DNA from: Bacteroidaceae bacterium
GTDB taxonomy: Bacteria; Bacteroidota; Bacteroidia; Bacteroidales; Bacteroidaceae
NCBI GenBank assembly: GCA_024682035.1
Contig: JAIKZS010000133.1
Location: 8,815-72,814, forward strand
Reading direction: 5' to 3'
DNA: 64,000 nt
Shown here one piece after another: positions 61,934-64,000 of the stretch. Numbering within the stretch: the first letter of the stretch is position 1; each line of letters opens with the position of its first letter. The translations under genes and the position numbers were made by a program. The notes under the pieces were generated by a model. That model searched no databases and was not told the DNA's origin. It saw only the letters and a list, made by a program, of their open reading frames with translations.

Positions 61934-63127
61934 TTATGCTGCCTGTTTTTCAATGAGCTGATACTTCATTCCCTGTCGGGTTTCCTTGGTTTGGCAACCC
62001 AGCATCCTCAATGCCTGTCCTATCTTCACACGGGTAGAACGGTCATCGGTCAATTTAGGATAAGCCTCCTGCATACTTCCAATAATTTGTCCCATCAAAA
62101 GCCATTCGCCCGTTTCACTGACTTCAGGCACTTTGTAAAAGTAACCCAACATATTCTCCAGACTTTCTTCTTTCATGAAAATTTGGTTGAGTTGTTGAAT
62201 ACGATCTTCCTCAGCAATGGTAAACCAATGAGGGGTCTTCATCTCCTTGATTTCATACATCACCTGCGCATATAGCTGTTCATAGTCAATGGTTGGCACA
62301 TTATCTATCAACATCTTGTGAGGTACCCTCAAACACAAGTACCTGCGACTTCCCGTTGGGTCACACAAGGGATGTTCATCGTTGGTAGTAGCCAAAAACG
62401 AAGCATAGCGCCTTCTGTCTGCTTGGGCTTTGCCAAAGATGGGACGCCCGTTTACCTTCTGCTTAGAAAGCGTCTGCTTGAGTTTGCCTTGCTGACTTCC
62501 CTTCATATTAGCGAACTCATCGATGTTGACCAAGAGGTTGTGCGTAAGTGCCATTTCCTGGTCAAATTTATTGGCAAAATTAATGTGATCAAGAAAATAC
62601 ATCCTGAGCTGGGGAGGCAACAGCTTGTAGGCAAAGGTGGTCTTGCCACAGCCCTGGCGACCTATTAATATAGGTGTACACTCATTGCCGTGCAACTCTT
62701 CGAGCCCCAGCCAATGCACCACAGCCGAGCGCAACCAAGTGCTACACCAGGCCAGTTGCTCGGAAGTAAGACCTGGAATACGGTTAAACAGGTTGGCCAC
62801 ATGGTTCTTGCCATCCCATGCAGGCAGGTGCTCCAGATAATCTTGGATAGGATCAAAATCAGACACAGCATCAGAGTTGATGTACTCCTCAATGTCGGTA
62901 CGAGGAGAGTTTTTGCTGATACCTGCTTTCTTGGCCTTGCGCACAATGGAGTTCATCACTTCAACGGTGACGATACCCCACTGTTGCTGGTTGTCAGTCT
63001 CAGCAATGCCTCGGTACTCAATTTTGCCACTGAGCACATTGCGACGAAATGCATAATTTTCCAGCAAAAAGCTCTCTACTAAGCAGATAACCTCTGCTGA
63101 ATTGTTTAATTGTTTTTGGATTTGCAT
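61934..63127 (-). CDS. VapE/VirE-family SF3 helicase-like P-loop ATPase with C-terminal winged-helix-like domain
   Basis: Walker A GRQGCGKTTF, Walker B LVNIDEF, LKQTLSK, RPIFG...RRYASFLATTN, DPTGSRRY and IDYEQLYAQ motifs; C-terminal KIGQALRMLG. Confidence 0.88.
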   Translation of the reverse strand: MQIQKQLNNSAEVICLVESFLLENYAFRRNVLSGKIEYRGIAETDNQQQWGIVTVEVMNSIVRKAKKAGISKNSPRTDIEEYINSDAVSDFDPIQDYLEHLPAWDGKNHVANLFNRIPGLTSEQLAWCSTWLRSAVVHWLGLEELHGNECTPILIGRQGCGKTTFAYKLLPPQLRMYFLDHINFANKFDQEMALTHNLLVNIDEFANMKGSQQGKLKQTLSKQKVNGRPIFGKAQADRRRYASFLATTNDEHPLCDPTGSRRYLCLRVPHKMLIDNVPTIDYEQLYAQVMYEIKEMKTPHWFTIAEEDRIQQLNQIFMKEESLENMLGYFYKVPEVSETGEWLLMGQIIGSMQEAYPKLTDDRSTRVKIGQALRMLGCQTKETRQGMKYQLIEKQAA

Positions 63128-63181
63128 AATGGTAATGAAATTAAATTAATACTATATCCTCAGCCCTTTTTTAAAGGAACA

Positions 63182-63189
63182 CAAAGATA
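63182..63189 (-). promoter_or_regulatory. -7 promoter element for the VapE gene
   Basis: Minus-strand TATCTTTG about 55 bp upstream of the ATG; no clear -33 element. Confidence 0.55.
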
Positions 63190-63320
63190 CAAAAAAGAAA
63201 AATAACATCTCCAGTTATCAAACTTTTTTTTGAATATTTTTTTATTTTATTGATGCGAATAACATAATAAATTATAATTAAATCAACCACCAGAACAAAT
63301 GAATTAAACATGCAATTAGC

Positions 63321-63645
63321 AAAAACATCCCGACATCCCGACACATCGTTGTAAACTACTGAAATACTGCAAAATAACATGTCGGTATGTGGTGCACCAC
63401 ATACCGACAACATACCGACAGTATCCCTACCAAAAGTTGTTCAAAATTTTGTCATTATGAAACAGAAATCTACAAATAAGCTTTCTTTTTTACTAATGAT
63501 AATAGTATATGACTATCAATTGGTCATTTTCAGGATGTGAGTATGTGTCGGTATCTTGTCGGTATGTGCTCAATGACATACCGACACACTAATTTCCTTT
63601 GATACAATCAATTACGAACAAATGTCGGGATGTCGGGATGTTTTT
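63321..63645. repeat. 325-bp mirror-symmetric iteron-like array (10 x TGTCGG(G/T)AT) around an AT-rich core
   Basis: Perfect 23-bp terminal inverted repeats (63321-63343 and 63623-63645), inner repeat clusters (63380-63420 and 63546-63586) and two 36-bp spacers, all sharing a symmetry centre at 63483. Confidence 0.92.
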
Positions 63646-63709
63646 TGAAAAAAGTGTCCTGAATTTCCAGGTCGAGCATCGGGTAACGGTCTTGCACGTT
63701 TGCTACGTC

Positions 63710-63742
63710 AAAAAGGAGGGTTTAGTCGTACTAAACCCTCCT
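63710..63742 (-). terminator. Strong hairpin, probable terminator of the rubrerythrin transcript
   Basis: AGGAGGGTTTAGT-cgt-ACTAAACCCTCCT 13-bp stem with a T run on the minus strand. Confidence 0.7.
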
Positions 63743-63875
63743 CTTAGTCCCCCCTACACCAAGCGCTGGGTCGGGGTAAATCTTGCTCGCTAAAAAGTGT
63801 CTTATTTTTCCTTAGTAAACTGTCTTAAAGGTATTTAAATACAAATCAACAGTTATTGCAAGCATGCAGGAATAA

Positions 63876-64000
63876 TTAATAATTCTCTTTCTTGATCTCG
63901 AAGTAAGCCTGTGGGTGCAGACAAGCAGGGCATGTTTCAGGGGCTTCCTTGCCTACATGAATGTAACCACAATTGCGGCACTGCCATACCACTTCGTCGT
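63876..64000 (-). CDS. rbr: Rubrerythrin, C-terminal part (gene continues beyond the window)
   Basis: Hand translation of the minus strand gives DEVVWQCRNCGYIHVGKEAPETCPACLHPQAYFEIKKENY*, a rubredoxin-like CxxC...CPAC domain. It is not in the ORF track. Confidence 0.9.
   Translation of the reverse strand, partial: DEVVWQCRNCGYIHVGKEAPETCPACLHPQAYFEIKKENY

Noticed and set aside
63321-63645. Autonomous IS element or CRISPR
   Set aside because: There is no transposase ORF and no evident target duplication at the terminal repeats. The repeats are mirrored, not regularly spaced with unique spacers.
63171-63793. 80-aa and 64-aa ORFs over the array
   Set aside because: They have TTG starts and low-complexity translations, and they overlap the repeats and hairpin.

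Overview
This is a core-genome stretch of a Bacteroidales (Prevotella/Bacteroides-like) chromosome, judged from gene content, gene order and repeated TAnnTTTG -7 promoter motifs. It is densely coding and mostly housekeeping: parC, tRNA-Leu(TAG), ppdK, rimP-nusA-infB-cvpA-sufBCDS, an SIS isomerase-PfkB-mtnN-luxS operon, dapB-lepB-queH, asd, murF/folP/cdaA, pta-ackA, dusB, dprA, rbfA, several peptidases and transporters, and the 3' end of a rubrerythrin gene. I saw no CRISPR array, integrase or transposase. The most striking unexplained structure is at the right end. An orphan VapE/VirE-type SF3 helicase gene (61934-63127, minus strand) sits beside a 325-bp mirror-symmetric element (63321-63645) with ten TGTCGG(G/T)AT repeats spaced symmetrically around an AT-rich core. 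This layout resembles a P4/SaPI-type helicase-plus-iteron origin, but no integrase or primase is present. Other oddities are a 23-bp-period repeat array and a long hairpin in the 30348-30758 gap, an apparently inactive signal peptidase paralog, an AAA ATPase with a degenerate Walker B next to the tRNA, a short SufD and a lipoprotein flavodoxin. All product calls come from motif recognition by eye; no searches were run.
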